A DNA stretch of 63,970 nucleotides, filler included, from Craspedostauros australis (Eukaryota): NCBI GenBank assembly GCA_030167865.1. It is 14 parts of 14 records of this genome, joined end to end, with 100 filler letters (N's around TTAATTAATTAA, not from the genome) between each part and the next. Parts side by side here need not be neighbours in the genome. Positions count along the whole stretch, not along the records: positions 19,591 to 32,582 come from JALAGF010000858.1; positions 32,683 to 34,058 come from JALAGF010000860.1; positions 34,159 to 45,384 come from JALAGF010000861.1; 11 more parts are not named here. One strand, given 5' to 3'. The translations under genes and the position numbers were made by a program. Below are positions 24,952-40,302 of the stretch, in pieces; position 1 is the stretch's first letter, and every line of letters begins with the position of its first letter. The notes beneath the pieces were generated by a model. That model did not search any database. It was given only the letters and a program-made list of their open reading frames with translations, and was not told the DNA's origin.

Positions 24952-26710
24952 ATGAAAGAAGGCGACAACGACAAGATGAATGACGCCGTGCGTCGTCTGC
25001 CCAAGATCGAGCTGCACGCACATCTGAATGGATGCATCCGAGAATCCACCTTGTTCGAGTTGGCCAAAGAACGCAACGTCGAGATGAATGAGGCCTACTT
25101 TGCGAAACAGACAAAGGCAACGACGGATCATGGCATGTACAACGTCCAACCACGTTCCTTGCAGGATTGCTTCGCCATGTTTGGCGAGATTCCCAAGTGT
25201 GTCAATGACATCGCCTCGCTGCAGCGCATCACGCGAGAAGCGTTGCATGACTTTGCCCAGCACGGCGTGGCGTACTTGGAGTTGCGGTCGACGCCGAAGC
25301 AATTTGGGAGTGCGGATGCGATTATCTGTGATAAACGGGGGTACTGTCAAACGATATTGGATGTATTGGAGGAATTCGAGCGGGAGGAGATGGAGCGATA
25401 TGAAGCGCAGCAGACGGCATCGGTTGACGACAACGGCAATAACATTGGCAACGCAGTGCGACTTCCAATGAGGTGCAATTTCATCGTCTCCATTGACCGA
25501 TCCAAATCTGTGGAAGCAGGCATGGAGAATGTCAACGTTGCGTTGCAGCTCAAGGAATCCAATCCTCACGTTGTTGGGGTGGACCTTGGTGGGAATCCAA
25601 CCAAGGTGGGTTCTTTATGCAGTGTGTGAAACAGATGACTATGATGCAGAGATTGACACGAGCCTGGGCGTCACGAAGTACCTGGATTGATTGATGGCTT
25701 CGCACGCGTGCGAGTACACGGAGCTCACCTTTGATCGCTCAACGACCTACGCTGTTTCCCAAAACATCATTTTTCAGAATGACTTCGCGGATTTCAGGGA
25801 GTGCTTTCAGAGGGCGCGTGATGGTGGTTTGAAGGTGTCCATTCATTGCGGTGAGTACGGGTACAGCCTGTGGCACTACTTGTGAAGCGGAGCGTGCGCA
25901 ACAGTGGACGGAGATTATCCATGATTTCTGTGAGTGCACCGATGTCACTGTTGTTTGTTTCTCCGCGCCTTCATCCACCCATTCACTGACTCAGCCATTC
26001 ATCGTGTTCCAACCAAATCGACCACTCAACTGCGTCCGAATCTTCACTCTATTCTCTGCTCTCTGGTATTGGAAGCTGAAATCGCCTGTGACACTCCCGA
26101 GACCATCGACGAGCTCGGCAACATCCTGGAATTCAGGCCCGATCGGCTAGGTCACGCGATGTTGCTACCAAAGGCGTTCCAGGACGTCTTGCTGCGTTCT
26201 GCCATTCCTGTTGAATGCTGTCCCACAAGCAACGTGATGACGTTGGAACTCGCCAAGCACAAGTCTGGAAGTTTGCTGGAAGGCATTCGACAGCATCCGC
26301 AGCTGCGATGTTGGTTGAACGTGGGGCATCCCATCTGCATCGGTACGGACGACCCAGGTACGACAATAGCGATAGGGTGCATATCGTGTGGGCATCACCT
26401 TCTCTGCGATGCTCAAAGATGTGATTGTTCTGCCATGTTTCTGATACCCAACACATGTGCACATTTTCGCTTCTTCATCGTCGATCACTACCCGCACTGC
26501 GAACACGCTCCTTCTGGATCGCCTGAAGGCATCTTTGAGACTAACGCAACGAAGGAACGGCTGCTCTTATCCAAGGGTTGGGATCTGTCACTCAATGATC
26601 TGGCGAATCTGGAGCTGTCGGCAGTTGACTATGTGTTCGGCGACAGGAAATTGAAGGTATCATTGAAAGCAATGATACAGCGAAGGATGGCTGCGACCGA
26701 TTCGATTTGA
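24952..26710 (+). CDS. ADAL: Adenosine deaminase-like protein (N6-methyl-AMP deaminase/MAPDA family); exons 24952-25605, 25778-25850, 26076-26357, 26529-26710
   Basis: PKIELHAHLNG, YLELRSTPK, GVDLGGNP, HCAE (restored by splicing), RPDRLGHA, ECCPTSN and TDDPGIF (restored by splicing). Confidence 0.9.
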
Positions 26711-26972
26711 TTTATCTTCACATTACGGCTACTCTCTGGTACGTAGGGAGAACTGTCCTCTATCGCGGAATGCTCCATATTAAAATGAGATCATGGGCAA
26801 ACCGCAAACAGTGAGTCGAAAGGCACAGCATGTAAACCAATACTACTTTTGTATCATTGGATACCAGTGCCAGTGCCAGCGCGGATGCTACGCGACGTTT
26901 GTTGGCTCTGTGAATTGATTTATTGTGGAATCAAAAGCGGTGCTCTGGTCGCACCAGTGTGCATTGTCTATC

Positions 26973-27416
26973 CTACAAGGAATCAAGGTAGGACCTGGCA
27001 GGTTGATTGCCTCTGTTTGGATCCTGCCGGCGTCTGCGCTCCAAGTCAGCCTTCATGTTCTCCTTGAGTTGCTTGCGAAAGTCGTCTGCTCCGAGGTTGG
27101 TGCTGGGAGCGAACTTGCTGAATCGGTTTGCCTTGGCTTTGGATTCGTCGGTGCCGTCGTCCATGTCATCCGATGGCCGTGCTTGCCAAGGGTTGGATGC
27201 GCCACCGCCGTTGAATGGTCCATTCTGGTCGTTGCCGAAGTTGGCATCGTGGAATACTCCGGCACCCACAAATAGTCCTTGCTTGTGTGGATGGATCTGC
27301 CCATCACGGAGCCCGGCGCTGGTGGGAGTGATAGGGGTTGGGCGAGGTTGGAAGGCTCCGACCAGTCCCGAGCCCCATGCCAGTGCAACAAATGCGTAGA
27401 TCACTCTCATCATCAT
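26973..27416 (-). CDS. Small uncharacterised protein with probable plastid pre-sequence
   Basis: MMMRVIYAFVALAWGSGLVGA-FQP; conserved-looking C-terminus (FRKQLKENMKADLERRR...GNQPARSYLDSL). Confidence 0.75.
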   Translation of the reverse strand: MMMRVIYAFVALAWGSGLVGAFQPRPTPITPTSAGLRDGQIHPHKQGLFVGAGVFHDANFGNDQNGPFNGGGASNPWQARPSDDMDDGTDESKAKANRFSKFAPSTNLGADDFRKQLKENMKADLERRRRQDPNRGNQPARSYLDSL

Positions 27417-28093
27417 GTTCGTCGTGTTGGTGGGTTGGTGCGTCGGATGTATCGATGGATGTATCGATGGATGGATGGATGGTTTACTTGAGTTGCTTAC
27501 TCGTATTGTGCGCAAGAATGTTGTTGGTCGTCCTCCATCCGTTTCTGTGCCGTCCTGCTGTGCTGATCTGCTGCGCTGATCTGCTGCTTGTGCTTCTTCT
27601 CTGTTGCGTGCTGTGCATCGTTGTGGTTGGTTTGGCCTGACACCACCAACATCATCCGTCGATGGATCTGAAGGAACACAAAGATACTGGATTCTGGAGT
27701 TCCGAACAGTTGATGGGTCCGCTGAGTCGACCCGCTTCCAACGACTGACGCACTTCGTAGTCGTGTGGCTCGAACCGTGGAGAATGGTCACCGCACTGCA
27801 TCGTGGAACAAATTCACGGTTTGAATCTGTGCGGTTTTGCAACGAATCCTTTCCGCAACCACCCAAACCGCCCAACACCCACGAAAAGTGAAAGGTGTTG
27901 CGCCTGGATTTGGTGTCAACGTTGCTGATGTTGCTGTTGTTGTGGTTGTGGTCGATGATGATGCTGTCGTTGAGACCTCCTTCTGCGTCGCATCTGCATC
28001 ACCTCAGCCCAACTACGAAGGGATCGTAACTTGCCTTCACATCACAACACACATCCAGCTAATCCATTCCAACAAAGTCCTTCAACTTTCACC

Positions 28094-29092
28094 ATGAAGC
28101 TCTCCATCGCCACCGCCCTCATCTGCGCCACCTCGGTCGCCGCCTTCGTCCAGCAGCAGCCATCGTCGGCCTTCGTCGCCCGCTCGTCCAGCGTTTCCGT
28201 GTCCAACACGCAGCTCTTCGGCGCCGTGACACCCGCCACCATCAAGCAGCTCCGCGATGCCACCGGCGCAGGCATGATGGACTGCAAGAAGGCTCTTCAG
28301 GAGAACGACGGTGACCAGGACGCTGCCGCCGAATTCCTTCGAAAGAAGGGACTCGCCAAAGCCGACAAGAAGGCGAGCCGTGTTGCCGCTGAGGGCCGCA
28401 TTGCTGTCGCCGACAAGGACGGCAAGGCCGTCATGGTCGAGGTCAACTGCGAGACCGACTTCGTCGGCAAAGACAGCAGCTTCCTCGGCTTCTGCGACGC
28501 CGTTGCCGGTGCCGCACTAGCCGCCGAGGACGACAGCCTCGAGAGTCTCCTGGAACAGAGCGTCGAAGGTGGATCCGTGGAGGAGAGCCGACAGGCCCTC
28601 GTGGCCAAGATCGGCGAGAACATCCAGGTCCGTCGCATGGCGTCTCGCGGTGGAACCGACACTACCGTCGGCACCTACGTGCACATGAATCGCATCGGCG
28701 TTCTGGTCGAGACCGAGGGCGGCAACTCGCAGCTGTGCACGGACATCGCCATGCACGTCGCCGCCATGAACCCACCATTCGCCGTGCCAGAAGATGTCCC
28801 GCAGGACGTGCTTGAGAACGAGAAGCGCATCCTCAGCGAGCAGGCCCTGGAGTCCGGCAAGCCAGCAACCATCGTGGAGAAGATGGTCGAGGGCCGCATC
28901 CGCAAGTACCTCGAGGAGATTTGCCTCGTGAGCCAGACGTACGTGAAGGATGGTGACAAGACCGTGGGTGATCTGCTGAAGCAGAACGATGCCAAGATGA
29001 TCGGCTTCACGCGCATCGCCGTCGGCGAGGGTATCGAGAAGAAGGAGGATGACTTTGCTGCCGAGGTCGCCAAGATGGCTGGAGGCGAGTAA
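28094..29092 (+). CDS. tsf: Elongation factor Ts, plastid-targeted
   Basis: IKQLRDATGAGMMDCKKAL, EVNCETDFV, KIGENIQVRR and GEGIEKKEDDFAAEV; N-terminal signal ...SVAA-FVQ. Confidence 0.96.
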   Translation: MKLSIATALICATSVAAFVQQQPSSAFVARSSSVSVSNTQLFGAVTPATIKQLRDATGAGMMDCKKALQENDGDQDAAAEFLRKKGLAKADKKASRVAAEGRIAVADKDGKAVMVEVNCETDFVGKDSSFLGFCDAVAGAALAAEDDSLESLLEQSVEGGSVEESRQALVAKIGENIQVRRMASRGGTDTTVGTYVHMNRIGVLVETEGGNSQLCTDIAMHVAAMNPPFAVPEDVPQDVLENEKRILSEQALESGKPATIVEKMVEGRIRKYLEEICLVSQTYVKDGDKTVGDLLKQNDAKMIGFTRIAVGEGIEKKEDDFAAEVAKMAGGE

Positions 29093-30002
29093 GCGTTTCA
29101 ATGACGTAGAGTATGGTACAGGACGAGTACTCAAGAGAGCAGTGCACTTGTCTCAGTATCCGCACCACAATAATAATTACAATTCCATAAGAGTACATTG
29201 CGATGTATTCTATAATACAATTTCATTCTGACTGCTCTTAGAACATACGTATTCGTTCTGTGTTGAGGAATCTCGTTGTGCTCTTGTTGCGACTGGAGAT
29301 GGGTGTCTGGAAGACCGAATAGAGTACTCTGTCTGTCTCTCTCTCCACAGAACGGAGTGTTGCAAGTAGAGATACGAGGACATCTGGTCGAGTGCATTGC
29401 ACTGTAAAGTATTATATTATATAATATTCTATTATATATTCTATTCTATAATAATATAATATGATATGCGGTCGACTATACATTTTGGTGAAACTAGGAG
29501 TAATCTCGGAGGTCCATGTCGTCACTCTTCTTGTGATCTCTGTGTTGCGCTTGTGCCATGCGTACCAATACTCGGACGAGTGCGTTGGTTGCCTTTCGTT
29601 CTTGTTTTGTGGATGTGGAGAAAACATGACGAACAAAGATACCACTTCGTGTCCAATGATTTGGTTTCGTCACAGGCGACTCACTGGAATGGAACGTTCC
29701 GATGGGTTCGGTGCATAAAATATATTCAGATATGATTAAATCAAATGAATGCGTGTGTTCTCCTTCCACATTTTGTTTCTCGTGACCACGAAGCAAAATA
29801 ACACGACACGACACAACGCAACGCACCACCACACCACCACACCCCAACCCACGCTGCCGCCAGTGATACTCGCACCCGCATCGACAAAGAGACTCAGTGG
29901 ATCCCCTTTCCTCCGCGAACAACTATCACAATTTCAGCAACCGCAGCAAAAGCAACGATCCAAGCAACGTTCCAACGCAAAATAACACAACGCATCAACA
30001 TC

Positions 30003-32181
<2,179 letters not shown>

Positions 32182-34369
32182 AACGGATATCAGTATCAGT
32201 AATGCTCGTATTATGTAATATGATATAATATCCCTTCATGACCCAGGGCCTATAGTGAATCCAAATAGCAAAAAAATTTCACGGATTCTCCATTTTGACG
32301 TCGACGTTTACGTGTAACATATCATTTTCTTCATACCTGAAGAAAGCTTGAGAGATGGGCGATCCAGCCATGTGTCGCTTTCGATNNNNNNNNNNNNNNN
32401 NNTGTGTCGCAATCAGAGCCTGAACTACTCGTGAATCGTTTTTTGGCCAGCGGGACTGTCGCAAAAATTGATTCGGCGAGCCCGTCCCTCCCAATTTTGG
32501 TCTCTCCATCCCATTTTTGTCGTCACATCTCCCCTTCCCATCACATCATAAAATCAAAAGATCACAACATCACAACATCACANNNNNNNNNNNNNNNNNN
32601 NNNNNNNNNNNNNNNNNNNNNNNNNNTTAATTAATTAANNNNNNNNNNNNNNNNNNNNNNNNNNNNNNNNNNNNNNNNNNNNGGTGGTGTGATAGTAGAG
32701 AACTAATCGTTTGTTAGAATCTACTTCTCTGAACTGTGAGCTCTTCATTGCTCTCAATTGCAAAGTTCGATCTCCTCCTGAGATCACCATGGGTCCCTCT
32801 GTTGGTCTAGCAGGCATTCATCTTGCATTCATTGCAAGTTCATCATGAACATGCATGCACCACCGAGTACCCCATGTTCGTGCACAAAAGCACGTTGTCC
32901 TCCACTGATAGTTTCGATGCTTTAGACATCGCCGAGTCGTAGGCATCACACAGGTCGGTCCATTCAACCAGATCACGGTCTCCCATTCGTCACGGGAACA
33001 CCTCGGTTGGGAGCTCATTCAGCTCCTCGACCATCACACATCTCCGATCATCTCCGATCATCTCCGATGTTTCGCCTGTCGTTTCTCCGCTTACTTTGCC
33101 GATCACTTCACCGGCTTCCTGGAGGTTCCTCATACCAGGTTCGTTCACAGGCCATCTCACACTTCGTGACATCGGCCTTCCTCTAGTACTCTTTTCTCAT
33201 TGGTTGCGACATGGGGGCCGTAGTCGCTCGTATCGTGATGTTGGTCACGATTCCAACATCCCTGCCCCCTGCGACATTCACGTGTGATTGGCATTCCTGN
33301 ATTGAGGTCACGAACGCCAAGGTACGGTTCGCATTCGGCACGTGTCGTTCTCCATCATCAGAACACGTGCAGCTCACATTTTTCTGTCACAAAGATCCAA
33401 AGGTGGGAGTTGCGTTAATGTAGCATATCATGACATTCGGCTCCTTACTCCTGGGAGGTGCGGCAATTCGGTGTTTCAGAACACCCGATTCCTGACACAA
33501 GCACGGCACTACTCTGCGGATGAATCTGCCCTTGCCTGATCATCTTCATCTGTCCAATGTGCACTGCTTCTCTTTTGGTGGACCGCCGGTGTATTACGTG
33601 TATACCTTGCATTCTGACAACAGCAACAAAAGAGAGAGGGAGACAGAGTCCAGCGTCGATGCCAATGCTGATGTCGACGTCCACACTGGCAAGCAACAGG
33701 ATGCGAAACAACAGGACCCTGCAGTTTCACCTCAATTGATACGGACCAAGCAGGAATCGTCTTCAGGCAGGGATCGTCATCAGGCAGCATCAGCTACCCA
33801 TTGCCCAGCCATGCTTTGGAGACATCCACACACGTGATCCACGCCAACGACTGCGCTCCGTTCCTTTCGGTGAATGCAGTGCGACGGATGCTGTCGCAGG
33901 CACACGCCGTGGATTCGTACTGGGAGGCAAATATCGCAGCGGCCAGCTGCTTTCACCATCTGCTTTCACTGTCCCAAATAGTGGTACGCCCGTCAGCAGA
34001 TCAATCATGATGGGGTGGATCTTGCATGTTCGTCTTTCTTTGAGATCATGGACGTGCCNNNNNNNNNNNNNNNNNNNNNNNNNNNNNNNNNNNNNNNNNN
34101 NNTTAATTAATTAANNNNNNNNNNNNNNNNNNNNNNNNNNNNNNNNNNNNNNNNNNNNAAAAGGATGATTCTACTCAATTTAATCGCTATCAAATGGCCA
34201 AGAACACTAGTAATTTATTTGATCCTCTGTTGTTTGTTGCTTTTGAGAACTAAAAGTTAAAGTGGAAGTGACACCGTGATGGCAAGAGTTGGGATCGGAT
34301 TCATGTCGTATCGGACATATACAAGACATGAAAAGGACATATTTTTGCATCAAAACGCGAGACGACACG

Positions 34370-34560
34370 AATGTGCAGATCATCGGGAAGATGTTGACAA
34401 ATGTGCGGATGCGGGGAAAATGTGCAGATCGTTGGGAAGATGCTGACAGATGTCCGGATGAGCAGCACGAATGTTGACGAATGCGACGTTATGCACGAAA
34501 TGTGCAGATCGCAGGGAAGATGTCGACACATGCGCGGATGCGTGGAAAATGTGCATGATG
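34370..34560. repeat. Degenerate ~50-bp repeat
   Basis: AATGTGCAGATC...GGGAAGATG.TGACA.ATG..CGGATG recurs three times, plus a partial copy. Confidence 0.6.
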
Positions 34561-37500
34561 TGCAGTGCATGCGCAAGGAATGATGTGTGGAGGATGTTGT
34601 TGTAACGAACGTGCACTGGCACCATCCGCATGCAAATAGCCTGCACTGCGCAGCGCGTTCGATGACAACCACACATGCGGAGAGGCGCATGACGTCGAAC
34701 ACGTGCATGCGAATGTGTGAAGTGTTGGTGACAACTGATTTGTGCAGAGCAAGAGTCGATTCACGACGTGCAGAGACGCACCACTCTTTTCGCAGGACGC
34801 GTCGACATCTTCGTCGAATGTGCACATCCTGCGCCTGTTCTGCAAAAAGGTCATGAAGTGCCGGTTCGCATCTCTTTTTGCTCCCCCATGACACCATCAC
34901 TGATTGGTAATTGTGCAACGGCGTTCCGACGGAATTTCTTTTCTCCACCGAAACAGAGAATACGATCAACTCAATCGCGCACCATTGACACATCCACGCC
35001 TTGACGAAGGAGGATCCGCCCCCGGCGCACATGCCCGCGCTCCCCATGCAGTCATCGCAGACACAGTGGCAACAATACAGAAGTGCAACACCCTCTTGTG
35101 CTGTGGTGACGTGTTGATGGCGATTTGACTTCCGACAATGCTGCATGTAGTGGCTCCTCGTTGTTCTCCCTGACGTCGCTGTGTTGCTCACGAAAAGAGG
35201 GAGAATTGTTCAGGTTTCTGCAGTGTGCATGGAGATCGCGACATCATTGTGAGATTATTGGATGGATGCCTTGTTCTTCCCCAACTCTTCGGGTGTGAGC
35301 GTCAACTCCAATCCAGCCGTTGCCACCACCCACGTCATACCATCCGAATGCATTGAAGTACGACTAGCGCAGAACCTCCTCGTGTCTGGCCATCGGCATC
35401 GTCATCACTGATCGCAGGTATCGCACGCGTATGAGCACCGCAGCAGCACACACTGTCACACAGAGCAAACCAGAGGAGAGCCAACGCCCGCGGTGACACC
35501 AGCCAGTTGCGTGCGGGCTTGCGCACAAGTCGCGTCATCACGTTGTGTACTGTAGTGATACGTGAACAATCATGTCATCGCAACCATACCAGTACAATAC
35601 AAGCCAAGACGAGCAGTACTATTCGAATGACAATCATCTTGCTATTGCAACACACAAGTGCAGAAGTGTCTGTACAATACACCACATCAATGACAACTGG
35701 TTTGTAACCTGAATAGAGTGTGAGCAGAGCAGGGTGGAGTAGAGTATTGGAGGAGGAGAGGAGTAGCTATCAGTGCGACAATGCACAGATGCACCTCTCC
35801 TGGATTGTGGCTCTGTCATGGTTGGTTTGTTGACGATGCGGCAGTGGCCAACAACAACGATTCACGTCCACTTTGTGACGACAGTCCGAACATGCATAGT
35901 GTGTGAAAGAAGGTCGGCGTACAATTCGAGAAATGCGGGTTTGTGTGGTTCTGCTCCTCGTGGGGCGTTGTGTGGTGTGTTGTTTGGGGCACACAGAGAT
36001 GGACAAACTCGTATCACGGAGAACACATGCTTTGTCGCCTCTCCGAAATCGAAGAACACTGCCCGCGACCAATGAGCTTGTATCAGAGGAGGCACAGTTG
36101 AAGTTCGCCAAACACTGTCGTCGCCGCAAAATGTACCGCAACCGGACGCGGCGAGTGGCACAGAAACGAGACAACAAGCGCGTGTTTTTGGGTCCGCGCC
36201 AGAATGCCGCGCGAGACCAACGCACAACAGAAATGGCTCAAAACCACCACCAAACCATGCACGACGCAAGCCATGGCAACGCAGTGGGGTCGGCATCGGT
36301 GGTGTATTGCTTCAAAACATGCATCACAATGCATTCGTTGACAGGAGGATGATCAGCAACCACGAGCAGTTGATTCCTCTATTTGTGTTTGCGATTTGCG
36401 CTCGATCGAACAGAGACACCGAATGCATGAGTGTGTGTTTCGTTCCCGTCGGATGACAGTGCAAGCGAGTCCAACGCCGAGAAATGCTCGGTGCTGTGTG
36501 CAGGGCACGAACGACGCAGAAACCAGCAAAGAACCAAATCACCACAACAGGTGCCACCAAAACCAAGGAGCAGAAACGCCGACAGGACGACAAACACGAG
36601 CTCTGCTTGTTCGAAATCAGCTGTGTGGAACTCGCACAGAAGTACTATCGATACTACTTGCGTTGAACTGCATTGTCGCAATAGTGTCGGTCATATCAGT
36701 CCATAGTTGGGGAAGCAATCCGTGAAGAAATGCAGAAAATCCGCTCTTTTTTGTGAAGTCCGCCAATTTCCCCTGCTCCCAGCAAATTCGAGTTGAATGT
36801 TGAGATTTATCGGAACGATCAAGTGCTGAACAAAAGATTCTGACAATGCGAGACTCGCAAGCGACAAGGCGATGAACGGTACCAGCGTAGAAAGCAATTC
36901 GCAAATATGCTCGCAATCAGTTCGGTGACAATGGCAGAGAACTTACTCTGCTCTACGCTATTCCACCGTGCCGGGAGCTACCTGCCTGTGTATCATGTCA
37001 TTCGAGGAGGATCGATCCGTGAAGGAAGCTCGTGACATCTAGAGAGTTGGCATCGACACGAAGAACAAAGAGCTGATTCGATCCCCTTGGCGAGTTGTCG
37101 AAGCCAAGAGTGGGCACTGTTGTCGATTGTTGCACGAGGCAGACCCATACTCCGCGAAGAGGAAACTGACACTACTCGTCGTCGCCAGTTCTTCTTCACA
37201 CAATCGCGCGACCCCACATCCGATCCGAACTTTCCACAGAGAAAAGAAACACTTCTTTGGATGCACCACCATGAAAAGAATGAGAGATGTTCAAACGAGC
37301 GTGTCCCGGTGTATATATTTGTGAAACGAGTGTGTCCGATCCTATCATCATCAATGCCAATGAAACAAACACGATTATTTGTCACAGATATGTCTAGAGA
37401 GAGAGCCCGGCAGACCACGATGTTGCATTGCATAGCACACAGAGCATCTTCAACCACAAGCCAGATTCCGCAGCATAACTGTGGAACGACGGTGCAATCA

Positions 37501-37633
37501 AGTGTGATGGATTTATTCTGTACCATTCTTCCACGCGGTTGGTTGTGTCAGGTTGGCTCGCGAGTCCACTTACGGCCAAGTGGATTCACCAGTCCCGACA
37601 AATTCCTTACAGATTTTATAGTTGTGGCTATGG

Positions 37634-38314
37634 TTATGGTTGTAGCTGCGATTGCGGCTGTGCAATGGGCACAGGAGGATCAGCTGCTACTGGCACAGGG
37701 ATAGCAGGCACAGTCAAAAGAGGCGCAGCAACTGCCGGAGCAGAAGCAGCAGCAGTAGGTGTGCTCGTCGTATCTGCCTGCTTTCGTTTCCGTTTCCCGA
37801 GTTTGGGCATCGTCTGCACGTAGTTGTCCAACGCCTCCAGCTCCTGCTCCTGCCCTTGAATCCTGGACTCCACCCTGGAGATGAGATGATGCCACTCCAT
37901 CCTGGAACGGATGAACATGAGCACGGCGTCATCCAGCTCCTTGGCCGATTCCTTCGTCATCTCCTTCGCCACCTTCTCTGCTTTGAGGAAGCATCCTTGG
38001 ATGATGCACGATACTAGATTCTTCCACGCCTTTGGCATGCGCTCTTCATGCGGCAGATGCTGGAGGCTGTGGTAGGAGCTGCTGATTCTGGGCTTGGAAC
38101 CGGACGAGCTGCGCGATGATGATGATGACGACAACGACGACGATGGTGCATGTGGAGCAGAAGATGTTGATGCTGCTGTCGCCGCTGAGCGTGGCTTCTT
38201 CACCGCGGCCCGTTGGGATACGGGAACAATCGTCGAAGATGAAGGTGCCACCGCTGGTGCTGATGTCGACGATGATCCCGGTGCACCACCCAGTGCTTGG
38301 TTCGTGGAACTCAT
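37634..38314 (-). CDS. Hypothetical protein
   Basis: ATG at 38314, Ser-rich N-terminus, helical core (PKAWKNLVSCIIQGCF...MEWHHLISRVE) and basic KRKRK. Confidence 0.6.
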   Translation of the reverse strand: MSSTNQALGGAPGSSSTSAPAVAPSSSTIVPVSQRAAVKKPRSAATAASTSSAPHAPSSSLSSSSSSRSSSGSKPRISSSYHSLQHLPHEERMPKAWKNLVSCIIQGCFLKAEKVAKEMTKESAKELDDAVLMFIRSRMEWHHLISRVESRIQGQEQELEALDNYVQTMPKLGKRKRKQADTTSTPTAAASAPAVAAPLLTVPAIPVPVAADPPVPIAQPQSQLQP

Positions 38315-38732
38315 GGTCGACCAAACTTGCACTTCGATGGTATGTTGGGAAGGGAGTTTGCAGTGATGTGCGGTGCAGTGCAACGCAATACTTCGATGGG
38401 GTGGTCTTGTTCCTGTCGCCCTACTGTATTGTTGTTGGTCACGCTGATCTGTGTGTTGGACGTTGGTGAAGGGCTGCATTTGTGACAAAGCACAACGAAC
38501 GGCAGATCCAAACGCGGACGCCATTGTCGCCTTTTCGGTTTCATTGTTGCTGTCAGTCACGAGTGTCGCCATCAACAAGACTCACTTGCCTCTCTCTTCG
38601 ATTCCAACTTTTGGCGCCACACACGCTGTGAGTAGTTCGTATTCCAATACGACAACCGTGTTCAATCCATTCCTTTCGCACAAACACAACCACGCTTATG
38701 ATCACATCCATCACACTTGCCACACTTACCAC

Positions 38733-39701
38733 ATGACCACCAGCATGTCATCAAGGAAAGGATCCCTCTCCCCAATCCCCGGCCATGCTTTGGGCGTCGG
38801 CGGCGGCAACAGCATCCGCAGCAACCGAGGCATCCTGCCACCCGGTGCGACGCGAAGCCGCATGTCCGCGGAATATGTCGAAGCCCTGCAGGTCATGAGC
38901 GGCGCCAACATGCGCAGAGCCTGCGAACTCTTGCTGTCCAACGACAGGCCACGCTCTGCGAATGCGGACGGCGATCCCAACCAAAGGGCGATGCTGCACT
39001 TGCTCGCAAAATGCCAAAAGGCGGCGAAGGTATTGCAGGAGCAGGAACCCAAGATGATGCCACCTCCCATCATGCCCTCGGCGCCGTCGTTGGGTGGTAG
39101 ATTCGGCAACCGAGGCGGCAGCGTCAGCAGCAGCCTGTCCAAGTTGAACAAGAAAGGGACGACCATCAAACAGGGCATGGTCCCGATGCGTCGCAGCAAC
39201 CCCAACGCCATGATGATGAAGAATCGATCCTCGTTGTCGGTCTCGGGCACGTCGAAAATGACCGCTGCGGGTTCCAAGCACAGCATGAAGCACCTCGCTG
39301 AGCATCGTGCCAAGCATGCACGCCATTTGGATGACGCCAGCTCCGTTTCGAGCACGAGCAGCAGCATCGCAGCGTCCAACAAGAAGGCACGCACGATGAA
39401 TGCTGTCGATACAGCAACAGCGGCAACTGCGTCTGTTAATCAAGATGGCACGGGAGACGGCACGGCGCCACCCCAAAATGCGCTCTCCTTCTTGGCCAAG
39501 CTCAACAAGGATCCGACCAAAAATGCCAAGGAACCGCAACAACAACAACAGCAGCAGCAGCAGCAGTTCATTCCGAACAGCCCGGAGGATCAACAATCGG
39601 TGGGACAGGATGATGCAGAAGCAAGCGAGTCTCCTCTAGACGCTCCTCCCACACCCAAACGCAGAAAGAATCCAAGCCGCACAGGAAGAAGGAACGCGTA
39701 G
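38733..39701 (+). CDS. Hypothetical low-complexity, probably nuclear protein; divergent from the previous gene
   Basis: 322-codon ORF with poly-Q and a C-terminal KRRKNPSR. Confidence 0.65.
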   Translation: MTTSMSSRKGSLSPIPGHALGVGGGNSIRSNRGILPPGATRSRMSAEYVEALQVMSGANMRRACELLLSNDRPRSANADGDPNQRAMLHLLAKCQKAAKVLQEQEPKMMPPPIMPSAPSLGGRFGNRGGSVSSSLSKLNKKGTTIKQGMVPMRRSNPNAMMMKNRSSLSVSGTSKMTAAGSKHSMKHLAEHRAKHARHLDDASSVSSTSSSIAASNKKARTMNAVDTATAATASVNQDGTGDGTAPPQNALSFLAKLNKDPTKNAKEPQQQQQQQQQQFIPNSPEDQQSVGQDDAEASESPLDAPPTPKRRKNPSRTGRRNA

Positions 39702-40302
39702 CACGAGAAGTCCACATTTTGTTAGTGGCTCGTTGCGCAAAGAACAGTTATGAGAATAGAGTAGAGCAAACACTCCTTGTGTACGTTTACAATCCCATTA
39801 AGGCGTAAATGAAAGGCGGAGCATCGCGGTCTTCATTTCCTTGCATGGCAGTACTATACATTCTGCAAGGAGTCAACTTCGGTACAGCGCGAGGTGCTCG
39901 TGCTCGTACGCTGCAGACTAATGAACCAGTGTAGAGTCGGCACCGCAACGCGCACCTGCGCGAAACACTGAGATTGACTGATTCGATTGCATGAGGTCTT
40001 TCCCGCCACACATCAAACCCACACCCACCAAAAGAACAAATCTCGCACAAGCTTCCCAACATCACGGCCGCGACCGCAATCGCAATCAAAGATCGGAGGC
40101 ATCAGTCGACATCTCCACCAAGCAAGGTATAATTCCAAGCAGGCTTCCATCAAGTTTGATCTTTTACGTACACTGCTCGGCACGCATTGGGCCATCCATC
40201 ACAGAGAGCAGGGCACTTTGAGCAAGAAGAGAAGGTTCCCCTCACGCAAAACCAGAACTGACGAGATACCGTACACACTCTCACTTTGCTCCCAAGCCGG
40301 AC

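Noticed and set aside
34301..35191. 296-aa Cys/His-rich ORF with RING-like look
   Set aside because: Open because of TA depletion; no coherent domain spacing.
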